A DNA stretch of 63,170 nucleotides, filler included, from Octopus bimaculoides (lineage: Eukaryota), in assembly GCF_001194135.2 (NCBI RefSeq). It is 6 parts of 6 records of this genome, joined end to end, with 100 filler letters (N's around TTAATTAATTAA, not from the genome) between each part and the next. Parts side by side here need not be neighbours in the genome. Positions count along the whole stretch, not along the records: positions 16,948 to 25,817 come from NC_069008.1; positions 25,918 to 40,349 come from NW_026295218.1; 4 more parts are not named here. The stretch is one strand, 5' to 3'. Positions 25,042 through 40,276 of this stretch are shown here, piece by piece; position 1 is the first letter of the stretch; each line of letters opens with the position of its first letter. The position numbers were made by a program, and so were the translations under genes. Below the pieces are notes generated by a model. It searched no databases, was not told the DNA's origin, and saw only the letters and a list, made by a program, of their open reading frames with translations.

Positions 25042-25286
25042 TGCTGTACTCTTTCACCACAACTTTCTCTCCCTCTTTCTTCCTGTTTCTGTTGTGCCTG
25101 TAATTCAAAGGGGTCAGCCTTGTCACACTATGTGTCACGCTGAATATCCCCGAGAACTACGTTAAGGGTACACGTGTGTGTGGAGTGCTCAGCCACTTGC
25201 ACGTTAATTTCACGAGCAGGCTGTTCCGTTGATCGGATCAACTGGAACCTTGGTCGTAACCGACGGAGTGCCAACAACAACAACAA
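25042..25286 (+). mobile_element. SINE family A, 5'-truncated
   Basis: Starts at tgctgtactctttcaccac and ends gtgccaacaacaacaac. Confidence 0.85.
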
Positions 25287-25676
25287 TGCCAGAAGGTCAC
25301 TCTGATATAAAACCAAATATGTGGGGAATTTTTACTCGCACTTGAGATCACGGTCCTCCCACCTCCTTCAGCCTGTGGCGCATATTGGCACCGACACAGC
25401 TTCCATCAACCCGCTTCTGGTCACAAGCTATCCACCCACATGAGAGTGGAGAATATGTAACTCGCCGAAACTGCCGTGAACTGAGATTGAACTTCGGACA
25501 TCGTGCTTGCAAAACAAACTTTTTAAAACTTCGCCCGTACTACGCCTACATAAATAATTGTTTGTAAACGTGTATGCATGCTTGTCTGTATATACATACA
25601 TATATATATATGTATATGTATATATATATATGTATATATATATATGTATATATATGTATATATATGTATATATATA

Positions 25677-25709
<33 letters not shown>

Positions 25710-25762
25710 ATATATATGTATATATATATGTATATATATATGTATATATATGTATATATATA

Positions 25763-25795
<33 letters not shown>

Positions 25796-25917
25796 ATATA
25801 TATGTATATATATATGTNNNNNNNNNNNNNNNNNNNNNNNNNNNNNNNNNNNNNNNNNNNNTTAATTAATTAANNNNNNNNNNNNNNNNNNNNNNNNNNN
25901 NNNNNNNNNNNNNNNNN

Positions 25918-25960
<43 letters not shown>

Positions 25961-28900
25961 GAGTCAAATCTATTCAGAGGAGTTCACAGACCTGCCCCCA
26001 TATAATCTGACCTTGAAACAGAGATGACTTGTAGTACTTTTCCAAAATTTTATAAATGGCTAATGGGATTAGCAATTAAGCACGAATTCAAATAACTGAT
26101 ATACATGAATGCATGGTTGAAAGCAACATTATGGAAAATGTGTCATTGTGCCAAGAATTAAACTAAGACCTGAAATCATTCTACTAGTCACCTTTACACT
26201 ATTAGAGCTTCCAGTTTGAATAGCTTTTACAATGACTGTGAGTAAATTTCAATGGTATATTCACAAGCATCATTCACATCTCTCTCTCCAAATTCATCAT
26301 CAGACCGAATAAATCCTATTATTTAAGTTACTTGCCATATGTTTGGTATTGCTGTCTCCTGACAGTTTTCAGCTCCTAAAATATGCATACAGCAGATTTG
26401 GAGATTATAATCATACACTGATAATATCTTTTAGAATCTTGGGGATTAACAAAGTAGATGCTCCCAATTGACAATCCTTCATTTCTTTTTCTTTTCAGTT
26501 TTTTTTTTTAATTTTGTGTGGGTGTGTGAGTCAGTTTATCCCAAACATATTGCTCAGGAAAACTATAGCACAATATATCTCTAACAAAATCATTTATATG
26601 ATTTGTAGCCAACCATTGAGTTATGAGTGGTCTCATGATTTCTGTACACCACACATTATTGCTCATTTGCATTGTTCTCAGATACTATCTGCTGTTTATT
26701 TCCACAATGAACTGCTAGTTGCTCAATGGGAAGGTGTTTGAAAGGAATGCAAAAGCTAAAAAGATGCCAAAGAGTCTCTGAAGCTAACATACATATTTGG
26801 CATTAATGTGACATTGAAGTTCATTAATGCATAACTTCTCTTGTTTCACTCCTCCGGCAATTCTATCAGGGCCTTTGAACACATAGTTGCAAATAATCAT
26901 AATTGAAAAATATATTAAAAAAATTTACATGCACATTATAATTTTTTACTTATTCAAAGATTGTAGGACACCCACCCATGACATGATGTATTGCAGGTCA
27001 TCATCACTGACTCACTCAAGTTTGTAGTTGGTAATCCTTTGAATTTTTTCCCCCCTTTTTTGAACATTTTATCTCTCTAGTAGTATCTTCTTTGAGACAA
27101 TGATTGTTGCAAAGGATCATGTTAATTAAACTTCAAACTATTTCAACAATTTGGTCATGCTGCTTTTGCAGATTCTCATGATTGTCTGTTACCATCAAAT
27201 TCCATTATTATGAATCTGAATTGGGAGCCTGAGTCATAGAGAATCTTTCGTTAGCTGAATACACAACCATGTATGTCACCTCTATGGATGTATTGCAGTT
27301 ACTCTCAATAGATCTTGGAGATCCTGATTGATCTAGAATTCCTCTGCTCAGCATCAATGTAAGAAGCACAACTGGCTCAGGTGAGCTCTTCTGCGAGCTC
27401 TTCACAATCTGCCATACTGCAGTCCTGTATCATTGGCAGGGTCGCTAAATGGGTTCCATACCTTGCCAAAGGACAACCTGTAACTATGCAGAGCATGGTT
27501 GTCACTCTGTGAGGTATTTTCAAAAACCTGCATTTATTTCATGGAAACTCTGCAGAAACAAACATACTGAAATATCTGTAGTGTGAGACTTATCTTATTC
27601 TAAGATTGTCAGCATATGTACATGTGGAAGACCCCTCTTCTGGAATTCAACTGAGTAAACTAAATTTTTGACATTTCCCAGTACATTATTCTTCATAATG
27701 TCTTTTAGCAATTTCTTCAGCTTCAAACTGAACACCCTAGAATCAAACCTGACCTGCCCTGTGATTTTCAGTGTACCTCAAGCTCCGCAACCATTTCAGA
27801 TTAATTTGGATATACATGTGAATGTAAAAAACAAATCTGGTTTTCATAATAGTAAATTGAATGCTTATAAAGTCCTGAAAAAGTGCTTATGCAAAACCCA
27901 GATCCCTCAATGAAGAAAGATGGAAGCACATTAGATCAATCAATACAGCCATGTAGGATGTCAATTTGTATTTGGTCCATTAAGCCTTGATGACATTCTA
28001 CTTTTAGTTCCTATCAATTCTTTGAAACCTATTGGAGCCATTATTCTTCAACATTGCAATAGCTATCAGCAACACATTCTAGTGATAATCATCTTCCCAA
28101 CTAAAACATTTAAAAATCATTGATTCAATCATCAACTTGCATGGATAATAGTCCACCTGAGTAATTGTCATGTTATTCATATTCATGAGCAGCATACTCA
28201 CAATCATTTTTCTCTCTTGCAAACTGAAGAACAAAGTGCAATGGATCAAAATCATAATTCATTTGGTTAATTTACAAGAACACTTGATCATGTTAACAAA
28301 AAACAATGAAACAATGGTTATTATTACTTTCTCCTGTTCCAGGTAGAACAGCTCCTATTTTAGACGCAGTAAGAGCATCATAATTATTGCAAAACGAGAA
28401 CCATTGGCCACATTGAAAAGCTGGATGTAATAGTTGCTAAGTGATGGATATGTGGTATGGTAATGTTCAAATATTCATTGTCCTCAAACAACAGCCTTGC
28501 CAGAACTATCAGAGATTGTTCATTAAGGAATGGAATAATGCAATTTGATGACCAGTTTGAATATATATGTCACAGATGTGGATTTTGGTAAAGGGAACTG
28601 TTTCAGTAGAAGTAGGAAACAGTACATACACCATTTCTGGATGAAGTTATCAAAGTTCATTCCAACTGAGGAGAAACTTAATGCTGCATTGTAACTCCAA
28701 ATGATTGGACAAAATTCAGAGCTGGTCTGCATCATTTAAATTGAATTTTCCATTTATACATCAAAGTTGAAACTTTGGATTTCACATATTTGAGTAAGAT
28801 TTTCTGGCATTCAGAACAAATCACCAACATAGCTGATGCCTGTCCTCCTATGGAAAATTATCTTCACAACAGCTCTGAGGTTCCTTTGAATTTTCTTCAT

Positions 28901-30257
28901 CAAAGCATAAAGACTGATGGCAACCTAATCTCACAGCTACTCAGATAAACGTATGTTCCCTTGGTTCATGTGCATTTCATTTAGATTGTGCCATCACATT
29001 TCCATTCTTTAGTCTTCAAGCAATTTATGCAAGTAGTATCTTCATTAACACACAATAATTCAGTTACCTGGTATTGTTTTCTCTACAAATATTCTGTACA
29101 AGTGTGTCTTCATTAGCACATACCAATTGCTTTCATTCACATCTTTGTCTTTTCCATTTTTGCTTTCTTTCTTTTCTTCTCTCTCTGTGTTTGTGCTTGA
29201 AAGCTTCATTGTCCCTTTCCTCATGTATTTTTTTTTCTTTCCAGTGTCCTGTCTTTATCCATAATGCATAGAAAAACAAAACTTGTTTGGATAGGCACTA
29301 TAGTGTACACTAATAATTAATTACATTAGTTAACAGTCTATTGTTGGTTAAAATAAAATTGTCTATCTTTATATGCAGTGATACAGAAACTGTGGGTACA
29401 GTAATAAAAAAGATTATGTAGATATATTGACAGAGAAGAAATAGTGCTTAATGTAAAGAAAATATATCTCCATGGAAGAAAGAAAATACACGGAAAAGAT
29501 GAATGTTTTTCAATACATATAGAATATATTATACTATATATGAATTTATGAAAAGCAAATAAAATGAAAGCAGCATTCTCTTAAGAAAGTATTGTCAAAA
29601 GATGAAGACATCAACTCAAGTTATTGAAAGCTAGGGATGACAAAGACACAATGTATAAATACAAACTTAAGTGCTTGGTGTCAGTTTAATGACTAGCCAG
29701 CAATAACATGGGCCCTCAGAAATTCTGGGTTGGTGTCTGATGCACTGGAAGACCACTGGGAGTGAAGCACCCTTCAGCATTTGTTAAAGCAGGTCTCTAG
29801 AAAGTTGCTCTGATATAAAACAGAACATGCAAGGAATGATACTGAATATTTGGGGATCTTTTGCTTGCACTTAAGATCACGGTACCTCCACATTCTTGAG
29901 CCTACAATCCATTTTGGCACCAGATATCTTGCTTTTGCTTGTCTCTTGATCATGTCTATGAGTGTCTGAGGTGTTGTGCAAGCCTTGACATGTGCAGGCA
30001 TTGCAAACATTTTGCATGGATATTGCAACTTAAAAGTCAGTGATGAACATCCTTGGTTACATGTGGACAGTCATCATATATTACACTTACACACAAACAT
30101 GCATATATGCATACTAGGGACATACCAGTGCCTACCCAAACTGAAATCATATTGATTATTAAAAATAAAAAGTAAATGATTTTCAATTCATTATAAAAAA
30201 TGCTAATTTAATTAATGCATAGAATTTAATGTTTAATTTAGTAAATGAATAAAATAT

Positions 30258-30715
30258 CATCATCATCATCATCATCATCGTTTAACGTTCGCTTTCCATG
30301 CTAGCATGGGTTGGACGATTTGACTGAGGACTGGTGGACCAGGTGGCTACACCAGGCTCCAATCTGATTTGGCAGAGTTTCTACAGCTGGATGCCCTTCC
30401 TAACACCAACCACTCCGAGAGTGTAGTGGGTGCTTTTACGGGTCACCGGCACGAAGGCCAGTCAGGCGGTACTGGCAACGGCCATGCTCGAAATGGTGTA
30501 TTTTATGTGCTACCTGCACAGGAGCCAGTCCAGCAGTACTGGCAACAATCTCGCTCGAATGTCTTTTCAAATGTGCCACCTGCACAAGTGCCAGACAGCT
30601 GGTGCTCTGGCAATGATCACGCTCGGACAGTGCTCTTAGTGCTCCACTGGTACAGGTGCCATCACGATTTCGCTTTCGTTTGCCCCAACAGGTCTTCGCA
30701 ACTGAATTTCTACTG
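30258..30715 (-). mobile_element. RTE-tailed repeat with a V-domain-like motif (aggaagggcatccagctgtagaaa)
   Basis: Shares the catgctagcatggaaagcgaacgttaaacgatgatg-type tail with the RTE 3' end at 16400-16452. Fragments at about 70-260-, 9720-9835-, 16750-16847-, 18340-18535+ and 36400-36520+. Confidence 0.7.
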
Positions 30716-30838
30716 CTTTTCAAGTTAAATATATATATATTTAGTATATTGGTAGGAATTATAACTGCCTTAAATTTAGCTCCAAATAACAAAAAAATTG
30801 TGAAAATAGAAGCAATATAATATATACTAAGTAATCAA

Positions 30839-30882
<44 letters not shown>

Positions 30883-31789
30883 TGTATTAACAGCATAAAA
30901 AGTACAAATATTTGTATCTATGAGTATGCGTTTACACACACACAGGAAGTCTACAGACTGCTCAATGTATTTTATACCCAATACACATCTGTGTGTGTAA
31001 GTAATGTGTGCATGAGTGTAAGCAAATATTTTCACCTATTGTATCACAGTGATAAGGCCCTTTGTTGATACTTTACTGCCCACCCTGAGTATTTACTTAA
31101 GGCAAATGTCTAATATATACATTGTCATTTTATGAGCCTTCCATGCTGACATGGGTTAACAGGGGTCGTCATAGGTCAAGTCAGTTCTTAAAGTTATTAT
31201 CCCTTAGATGGGTGGAAGAACATGCCTTGTTTACTTTCTACAACTGGATACCATTTCTATCATCAACATTTTACATAATGTACAGAATGCACTTCATCGT
31301 GATAGTATATATATGCAAACATATGTATACAAACATATATATGTATGTATGGGTATGTGAATAATGATGATCACACACACACACACACACACACACACAT
31401 AACACCTTTCTCAGTTATTCCTCAACATCTCTCTGTCTGTTTGTCTCTCTTTCTGTTATATGGTTCTTCTCTGAAGCAGAATATCAAGTTATTTTCTCTT
31501 CATATACTGATGGAGTGTATATTGATACCCGCAAAACAATCAGCTGTATATTGCAAGAAGAGAAAACCCACAAGAGAACATTAATAACTCTTAAGGTTCT
31601 ATATTTGAGAGAGATCAAAAGAGAGAGAAAGAGAGATCAAAAGAGAGAGAAAGAGATCAGAGAATACAAAGTGAAGCGAAGAGAGGGTCTTTAATCTCTT
31701 TGGTGCATGAGGTGTGTGTGCTGTACATAAAAGAGAGCAAAAGTACCAAATCCATATAGCAGGGTCCCTCTGTCTCTCTAACTATATAC

Positions 31790-31822
<33 letters not shown>

Positions 31823-32334
31823 TATATATATACATATATATATATTTAACTATATATATAAAATTACATATGTATGTATGCATGCATCCACATACTATAC
31901 ATACATATTTTTACAAACAAATAAATTATGCAGATGCTATTTGGTTTATTTGGTGAAGTGGTTTCATGAATCACCATCTAAATTGAAATAGTGTAAATCA
32001 TGAGAAATAAGTCTCTAATATTACTAATAAAAAAAAAATATAACTTAAGTAACAATTTATTGGAATGGGGCTAAAACAATTATCACATTTATGAGTGTAC
32101 ACACCACACACACACATGCATACACATACAATTTAATTGAGCAGAGTAACACAAGAATAAAGAGTTTCATGCTTTGACACTTATGAAACATTTATTAATG
32201 TGTGTGTGTGTGTGAATGAATTTGTGTGTGTGTATGAATGTGTGTGTGTGTGTGTGTTTGTGTGCGTGCATGCATACATGTGTTGGGCATTATCTGTTAT
32301 CCACTACAAAGTAGAGCTTTTCCTATTATTTCCA

Positions 32335-32523
32335 TTATGTTACTATGTTTGATGTGTGTGTTAAAGTTACTGAAGGTCTAGCATTTATACTGACCGATAC
32401 GTTAACAGTTACTTCATTCATATCAAATTGTTTTGCAATCTCTGTCAAAACCTTTCCATTTTGAAGTTCTAGAAAATTGACTTTGTTGATATTTGAAACT
32501 CTTTTAGTCAATCTCGAAAACAT
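32335..32523 (-). pseudogene. Relic of a pogo/Tigger (CENP-B-type) N-terminal HTH
   Basis: KVNFLELQNGKVLTEIAKQFDMNEVTV matches the 'G....IAK.F..N.STV' HTH pattern. No catalytic domain or TIR was seen. Confidence 0.5.
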
Positions 32524-33143
32524 ATTTTAAAACAATATGAAATACTTCTAACTTGCATGTTAGTTTAGTGTAATCTGTCTCGTTATTGAAGAAGTGAAAT
32601 GAAAGTAAAATAAAAGGAAAAAAAGAAAATCTAAAATGAAAATGACACAAAAAAAAAAAGAAACAAAAAAAATCAACTAAAACCAAAACCATGAAAACTC
32701 ATTTTGCTTTCTGTACTGTATTTATAATGTATTGCAATGGCTCCTTGTAAATACATTATTAAACACAAGAAAGTGTTTTTCTTCTGTGTAAAATATAACA
32801 GTTTGAGTCATGAAGTTTACAACTTCCATGTTTGCATTGAAATTTGCTTATTATGTTGGTTGTTTCAAGTGCATATTATAACTTGCGAGTTTGTGGTTTC
32901 ATATTGATAAGGCTTATCCTTCTAGTATTTCTGTAAAATATATTCAAACTATGAGTTTGTGGTTAGGTGTGGCACATGTTCATTTCAGTTACATCAGTTT
33001 TAAAAACATTTTTTTTTTAATGACACATCATTTCAGTAACTAGAGTGTTTTTGCTTCATACAACATATAATTCATGTGGATGGTGCATTTTTTACTAGAT
33101 ACTGTCATATATATATATTTTTATATATATACTAGAATGTTGC

Positions 33144-33511
33144 GGAGGTGCAATGGCCCAGTGGTTAGGGCAGCGGACTCGCGGTCATAGGATCACGGTT
33201 TCGATTCCCAGACAGGGCGTTGTGAGTGTTTATTGAGCGAAAACACCAGGCTCCAGCAGGGGATGGTGGCGAACCCTGCTGTACTCTTTCACCACAACTT
33301 TCTCTCACTCTTACTTCCTGTTTCTGTTGTGCCTGTAATTCAAAGGGTCAGCCTTGTCACACTGTGTCACACTGGATATCTCTGAGAACTACGTTAAGGG
33401 TACACATGTCTGTGGAGTGCTCAGCCACTTGCACGTTAATTTCATGAACAAGCTGTTCCGTTGATCAAATCAACTGGAACCCTCGACGTCGTAAGCGACG
33501 GAGTGCCAACA
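33144..33511 (+). mobile_element. SINE family A, with a small internal deletion
   Basis: 11-bp TSD actagaatgtt at 33131-33141 and 33512-33522. Confidence 0.9.
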
Positions 33512-34149
33512 ACTAGAATGTTACTTGTCATATGACAAGTATCCTTGGAAGTATACTTTTACCACTTTGAGTAATATCAAGAAATATGACATACATATTA
33601 TAATTGTAATTCAATGTTTATCAAATTTCTTAGAGCTTATACAAAATGATGAAATGAATACTAATTTTCAAAAGAAAAATATTTATGACCTTAAAATAAA
33701 ATTAAATATAGCAAAGTTCTCATTTGTACATTTGCAATAAGCATATAATATCATTTTTCTAAATTTTATCAACATAATTGCAAACCATTCCATTGAAGAG
33801 CTATCTCTGCAAAATTACATTAAAAAAATGTATAATTTTCTGAAAAGTTATAAAACACTTGTTCTGTATCTCTCTTTTACTCCCACTCCTCCTCTGTCTC
33901 TATATGATATAAAATATGACAGGAGAAATCAACCAACTAACATTTATATAGAGATAATAACACATGCACACACACACACATGGAGACACTTATATCCATA
34001 TAAATTTACATACAAATGGAAGATTTTCGCTTTACTTTTTCTTCTCTAGTACTGAGGCTATAAAAAATGTCTGGTAAACAGAAGCACTATTTCATTATGC
34101 ATACACAAACACACACACATAGGCATGGCTGTGCAGAAAGAAGTATATA

Positions 34150-34191
<42 letters not shown>

Positions 34192-34257
34192 CACACTAAT
34201 ATGTGTATGTGTTTATAGATCTATAATGAAAAATGGAAGGGATGTATTAGTTTATAT

Positions 34258-34794
34258 CAATGGTTCTCAACCAGGGTCTATATAGCCCTTGGTGGTCCAA
34301 TATAAGATTTTGTTGTTAAAATTTATCTCCAATAAATTGGTTATATTTCTACAATACACAAAATATTTTAACAATTTTTTTTTTATACAAATCCTAATAA
34401 TATTTAATTATAGAAATACAATGATTTTTCAAACATCAGATGAGCAGGAGGGCCCATCATCATCATTATCCAGTGTTTTAAATCCGGGTTTTGTCCCCGT
34501 TAACGGGGGTGGCTGGATCTACCTCAATGCCATAGCAACCAAGGTAGGCAGGTACAGTCTACCCCAACCTTTGGACTGGCTGGTACCCATTCTCCTTTGT
34601 TATCATGAGGCTTTTCTGAGCTGGATTTTCTACAGGGAGCATGCCTTTGCTTACCCCAAACTCAGTTTCTAGACATGAGTGGTCCCGAGACCAAAGCCTC
34701 TACCACGATTTTTAAGAAATGTGGTGGACAACTAGCTCAGGAGTAAAATAGGAATCAAAGGGGTCTATAGGTTAAAAATGGTTGAGAAACATCG
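34258..34794. mobile_element. hAT/Charlie-like MITE with an internal insertion
   Basis: CAATGGTTCTCAACC ... GGTTGAGAAACATCG termini. The 8-bp TSD is not conserved. Confidence 0.5.
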
Positions 34795-36264
34795 GTTCTG
34801 GTTGTCGTCGTCGTCATCATCATCATAAAAATAAAAAAAACTGCCGCTGCAGTTGCTACTATTGTTACTAAATTCTACCTCATAAGTAATCAGATACTAA
34901 GGAGCAAAGCCCAAATTTTTAGAACTGAGAGGAGAGGATAGGTGAGATAAACAAAAACGCCCTTAGTCATGACTTTCATAGACTCAAAGAATCTATTTTC
35001 AAGGGTCACAACACAGTCACTACTGAACTTGTCATTCTAATAATACTACAAGAGAGGGAGGATGGTTCAGTTTTGTTTCATCTTACTTTAGTTATTATTA
35101 TTGTTATTATTATTTTTTTGTGTTTGCCTTTTAAATGACTTCTTTCTCCCTAATTGCTACTCCAATTGGTTTTCAGCTAGCATTGCAGCATGCAGCAGAG
35201 CCACCATTAGACTAAGAGATCAGCACCCTAATCTATATAGACGCCCAAACATACAAGGAGGAGGAAGAGGGGGAGAAAGAAGAAAATGAAGAAGATATAT
35301 ATTTATACACATAGATATTTATACAACATACAAAAGAATATATAAATACATACACACACACACACATATATACATATATATAGAGAAAAACATACACATA
35401 CACACAACACATACTCACACACAACACATCCTCACACACAACACATACTCACACACACATCTCTCTCTCTCTGGATGGGTGGCTGGATTGATTGATACAT
35501 ACATATATACCATACACATACATACATTATACACACATAGGTATGTGTACTTATATTTAACATCAACAATAAATGAGAATTTAGCCACACAACTAAAATC
35601 AGGACTCTGGTTTTTTATCATCATCATCATCATCATCATCACCCTGTCCCCTACTGCAAGCCCCATGCTGTTATAATTTGTTGCCAAGTCTGCAGTACTA
35701 TCTTACTGTAACTCCAAACACGCAGCTGTTGTGGGTGACAACAGCATCACCCTGACAACAGCCAAATCTTATGCTCCTCCTACCCTTTCTTCTCTACCAC
35801 CATTGCTTTACTAGAAGCCCAATTCTACCTCAACTCTTAAGCTATAAGTACACCAGTTTTGCATCTCATGCCATGTTCTTCTTACTCTATGCCTTAATAT
35901 AACTGTTGTTTTGTTTAACACGCACGCACGCACACACACACTGAGGCATGGGTTTAGCTGTATGATAAAGAGTTTGCTTACCAATCACATAGTTTGGGGT
36001 TCAGTCCTACTGCATGGCACCTTGGGCAAGTGTGGTCTACTATGCTATGGCCTCAGACCAACCAAGCCTAGTGAGTGGATTTGACAGACAGAAACTGAAA
36101 GAAGCTTCCTCTCTCTTCCTGCAGGAGTCTGAGGTTAAAAATCTTGTTTCTCGACCACTCGGTCGTGGATTCAGTTTGACACCTGGGCAAGCGTCTTCTA
36201 CTGCAGCCCCAGGCTGACTAGGTCTTGTAAGTGGATTTGGTGGACAGATGCCAAAAGAAACCCA

Positions 36265-36296
<32 letters not shown>

Positions 36297-36485
36297 ATTA
36301 GTGTATCCTTGTCATGAGAGTAAATGATTGTTATAAGCCAAGATCACTGTCATCATTGTAAACAAATGTCAGCTTTATACAAGTGGTGTTATTTGATTCT
36401 AACAGGAAGGGCATCCAGCCATAGAAAATCTACCTCAACAAATTCTGCCCGACCAATGCGAGCAGGGAAAGGTGAAAATTAAATT

Positions 36486-36517
<32 letters not shown>

Positions 36518-36757
36518 ATATTTTTTTAATTATTTTTACAGGATTCAGTCTTTTGATTGCTGTCATGTTGGGCCTCTGCAACCACCTTTGAAAATTTTCA
36601 TTGATTATATCCTCTAATGTACATTGTCTGTTTTTTGTTTAGTCAATCTCTATTTATTGAATGACTATGTCCACATAACAACAGGGCACAACAATTTATT
36701 AGCAATACCTTGCTAATATACATGCATTATATAAGAGTGTGTGTGCTTTATGTACCC

Positions 36758-38545
36758 CAGTGGATTCCGGGGTTAGCATGGAGGTTATGGCTTTGGTGCT
36801 AGAAATGAAGATGCTGCTGAAATTCTGTATTGAAAATGACTTGATGATTTGCAGCACTAACTTCAGGAAACCAGTCAGCCACCTGATAATTTATTATTCT
36901 GGTGATCGCAAAAGCTAGACTGACTACATTTCCACCAGAAAACAGGATAGACAGATGTTTGTAAACACAAAGTCCTTTCTAGGTTAGTGGTTAGTGACTT
37001 CAGACTTAGGGCTAAAAGGATTCAGAAAAAGAGACCAGTCAGGAAAAAGAAGATATGGAAGCCGAAAGAACCTAGCGAACAGTCATAAATTTCCTGAAAT
37101 TATAGCTGGAGCATTTGATAAAAAGAAAGGATTTAGAGGTGTATAGTTTAGAGGACAAATGGAGGTTCCTACAGGACAACCTATTGAGGGCTACAGACCA
37201 AATTTGTGGCAGGTGCAAAGACCTGGCCAGTCTGAGGGTGATGTGGTGGTGGAACAGTAAGGCACATAGAGCTACAAAAGCAAAATGACAAACCTGGAAA
37301 GGCTGAGAAAAGGGAAGCAATAGAGAATTATATTAGGTATCTAGAAGAGAAGCTAGGGGTCAGGTTTACACAGTAAAGGAAGAAGCAGAAAGTAAGAGAT
37401 TTGCCAGTGTTTACATCACAAGGATCAGAGGTTTGAGGTATTCCAGATTGCAAGACAGTGCATCAGAGAGAATCGAGATATGAGTGAGAAGTGTATGATG
37501 ATGGATAATGGTACACTTGTACTTAATGATTCTGAAAAGAAAGAGGTATGAAAAAGCTACTATGAAAGGTTACCAAATTTGGAGAATGTTTAGGAGAAAG
37601 AGGGTATTCCCAATGTGAACCCAACAGCGGGACCAGCTAAACTAGTTGACAACAGTATGATACAGTAATTAAGAATATAATGCAGCAAAAGCTCCTGGTC
37701 CATCAGGAATCACTACTGAGATGCTTGAAATATCTAGTGGAATAAGATACAGCCTGGTCAGGTAAAGATCCCCTTTGGTCATGAATGACCATGGGATTGC
37801 ACCTATAAAGTGCCCTCGGAAGCACAAGTCTGGGCAAGGTTGTTTGTGGAAGACCACACTACCTCATGATTGTGAGCCTGACGCTCTAAACACTGATCCA
37901 TGTGCCTTCACATATAGCCTGGTCACCTTTCTGAACAACCAGGTTGTTCAGAAAGGTGTCATATCTAATGACTGGTGAAGCAGCATCCAGGTCAGCTATT
38001 ACAAAGGTAAAGGGGATGCTGTAGATAGAAGTAATCACAATGGTACCAAAATACTGGACAAGGTCATGGACATTATAGAGGGAGTTAAAGCCTAATTAAT
38101 TAAGAATAGAATTAGATGTCCCAGGGAGAAGTACTACCGATGCCCTCTCCCAAGTAAGACAACTGCAAGAGAACTATTTAGATAAAAGCAAGCCATTGTA
38201 CTTTGCATTCAGTGACCTAAAGAAAACCTTCAACAGAGTTCCTCATTCTGGTGGGCACTGAGAGATGTAGGGGTAGATGAATGCCTTGTAAAAGCCATAC
38301 AAGCCGTTTATAGGGAAGCTATCAATAAGGTGAGAGTTAGTAATGAGTACAGCAATGAATTTAGAGCACAGGCAAGTGTTCACCTGGGCTTGGTTCTCAA
38401 TCCCCTCCTATTCATCACAGTCATCCAAGTTATAACAAAAGACTTGAAACCTGGTTAACCTTGGGAGCTACTATATGCTGATGACCTTGTTTCTTGTAGC
38501 AGAATCTGTAGAATTACAAAAGAAATTCCATCAAGAAGCAAAACC
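36758..38545 (+). mobile_element. Decayed RTE-clade LINE (end of APE domain through RT to YADD), interrupted by a 151-bp insertion
   Basis: HGGYGFGARNE...NDLMICSTNFRKP, KAPGPSGITTEMLEIS, YKGKGDAVDRSN, PGRSTTDA, PWELLYADDLV. The insertion at 37761-37911 is flanked by the 14-bp TSD ata(c/t)agcctggtca. Confidence 0.9.
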
Positions 38546-40239
38546 TATATTATATCATATATATATATATANNNNNNNNNNNNNNNNNNNNNNNNNNNNN
38601 NNNNNNNNNNNNNNNNNNNNNNNNNNNNNNNNNNNNNNNNNNNNNNNNNNNNNNNNNNNNNNNNNNNNNNNNNNNNNNNNNNNNNNNNNNNNNNNNNNNN
38701 NNNNNNNNNNNNNNNNNNNNNNNNNNNNNNNNNNNNNNNNNNNNNNNNNNNNNNNNNNNNNNNNNNNNNNNNNNNNNNNNNNNNNNNNNNNNNNNNNNNN
38801 NNNNNNNNNNNNNNNNNNNNNNNNNNNNNNNNNNNNNNNNNNNNNNNNNNNNNNNNNNNNNNNNNNNNNNNNNNNNNNNNNNNNNNNNNNNNNNNNNNNN
38901 NNNNNNNNNNNNNNNNNNNNNNNNNNNNNNNNNNNNNNNNNNNNNNNNNNNNNNNNNNNNNNNNNNNNNNNNNNNNNNNNNNNNNNNNNNNNNNNNNNNN
39001 NNNNNNNNNNNNNNNNNNNNNNNNNNNNNNNNNNNNNNNNNNNNNNNNNNNNNNNNNNNNNNNNNNNNNNNNNNNNNNNNNNNNNNNNNNNNNNNNNNNN
39101 NNNNNNNNNNNNNNNNNNNNNNNNNNNNNNNNNNNNNNNNNNNNNNNNNNNNNNATATATATATATGCATATATATGTATACATAAACACATATATATAT
39201 ACACACATATATATATATATAACAACACATATAAACACACACACAAATACACATGTTCACACACATATATAAGACAAAGATGAAACAATGGCAATGGAAA
39301 AGAAAAAAATTAATAAAATAAAAAGTAAAATAAGGAGGCAGTAGTATTAAAATGTCAAAGTTTCCATAGTAACAAGCTCTCCACTTTCATCTCTATTGAT
39401 GTTTAAACATAGACTAAAAAGAAATTAACAGCACTTGTTTGGCCCAACAATATCATGCTAATCTATAACAAACCCACACATAGCACCCAGAAGGATTAAG
39501 ATATGAGAGAGGAGGAAGAGAGAGAGAGAAGGCGATAAAGAGAGAGACCTTATATCCCTAAGTGCCTGACTTTCACTATATAAATGTATGGATGGATGGA
39601 TGGATGGATGGATGGATGGTGAGAATGTGTAAGGAATGGATGTGCAACACTGACTATGGCATTGATGATGACAATGATGATGGTGGTGGTTGTGGTGGTA
39701 TTCATGAAAAGTTGCTGGTAATAGTAGGATGACGGTAGCAGAGATGAGACATTTGATGAAGAGAGAGAGAGATTTAAAGCTAGGAGGAGACAAAAAGCAA
39801 AGACTGATAAAATGTTAGATAAATGTTAGATATCTCACAAGATTTTGAGTGCAAAGGTTCATTTACACACCCACACCTATCTATGCACACATATAAACAC
39901 ATACATGGTACACAGGAATCCTTCATGTTATGGGCATAATGTATTCCTGAAAAATCTCAATGTAATGTGAAATGAATTTTCCCATGGATTTTTATGTTAT
40001 AATTTCAGAGTGTTCCAGGGAGTTAAAAAACAAAAAAGCACGAGTGGTAAGAAGCTTGTTTCCCAACCACATGGTTCCAGGTTCAGTCCCATTGTGTGAC
40101 ATCTTGGGCAAGTGTCTTCTACTATAACCTTGGGCTGACAAAAGCCTTGTGGGTGGATTTGGTAGACGGAAACTATAAGAAGCTCTTGTGTGTGTGTATA
40201 TACATACATACATATACATACATACATACATACATACAT

Positions 40240-40276
<37 letters not shown>

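Noticed and set aside
28500-28900. Minus-strand Cys motifs (ICSECQK, WCMYC) suggesting a zinc-binding domain
   Set aside because: Interrupted by many stops, on the opposite strand to the nearby putative relic, and indistinguishable from chance by eye.
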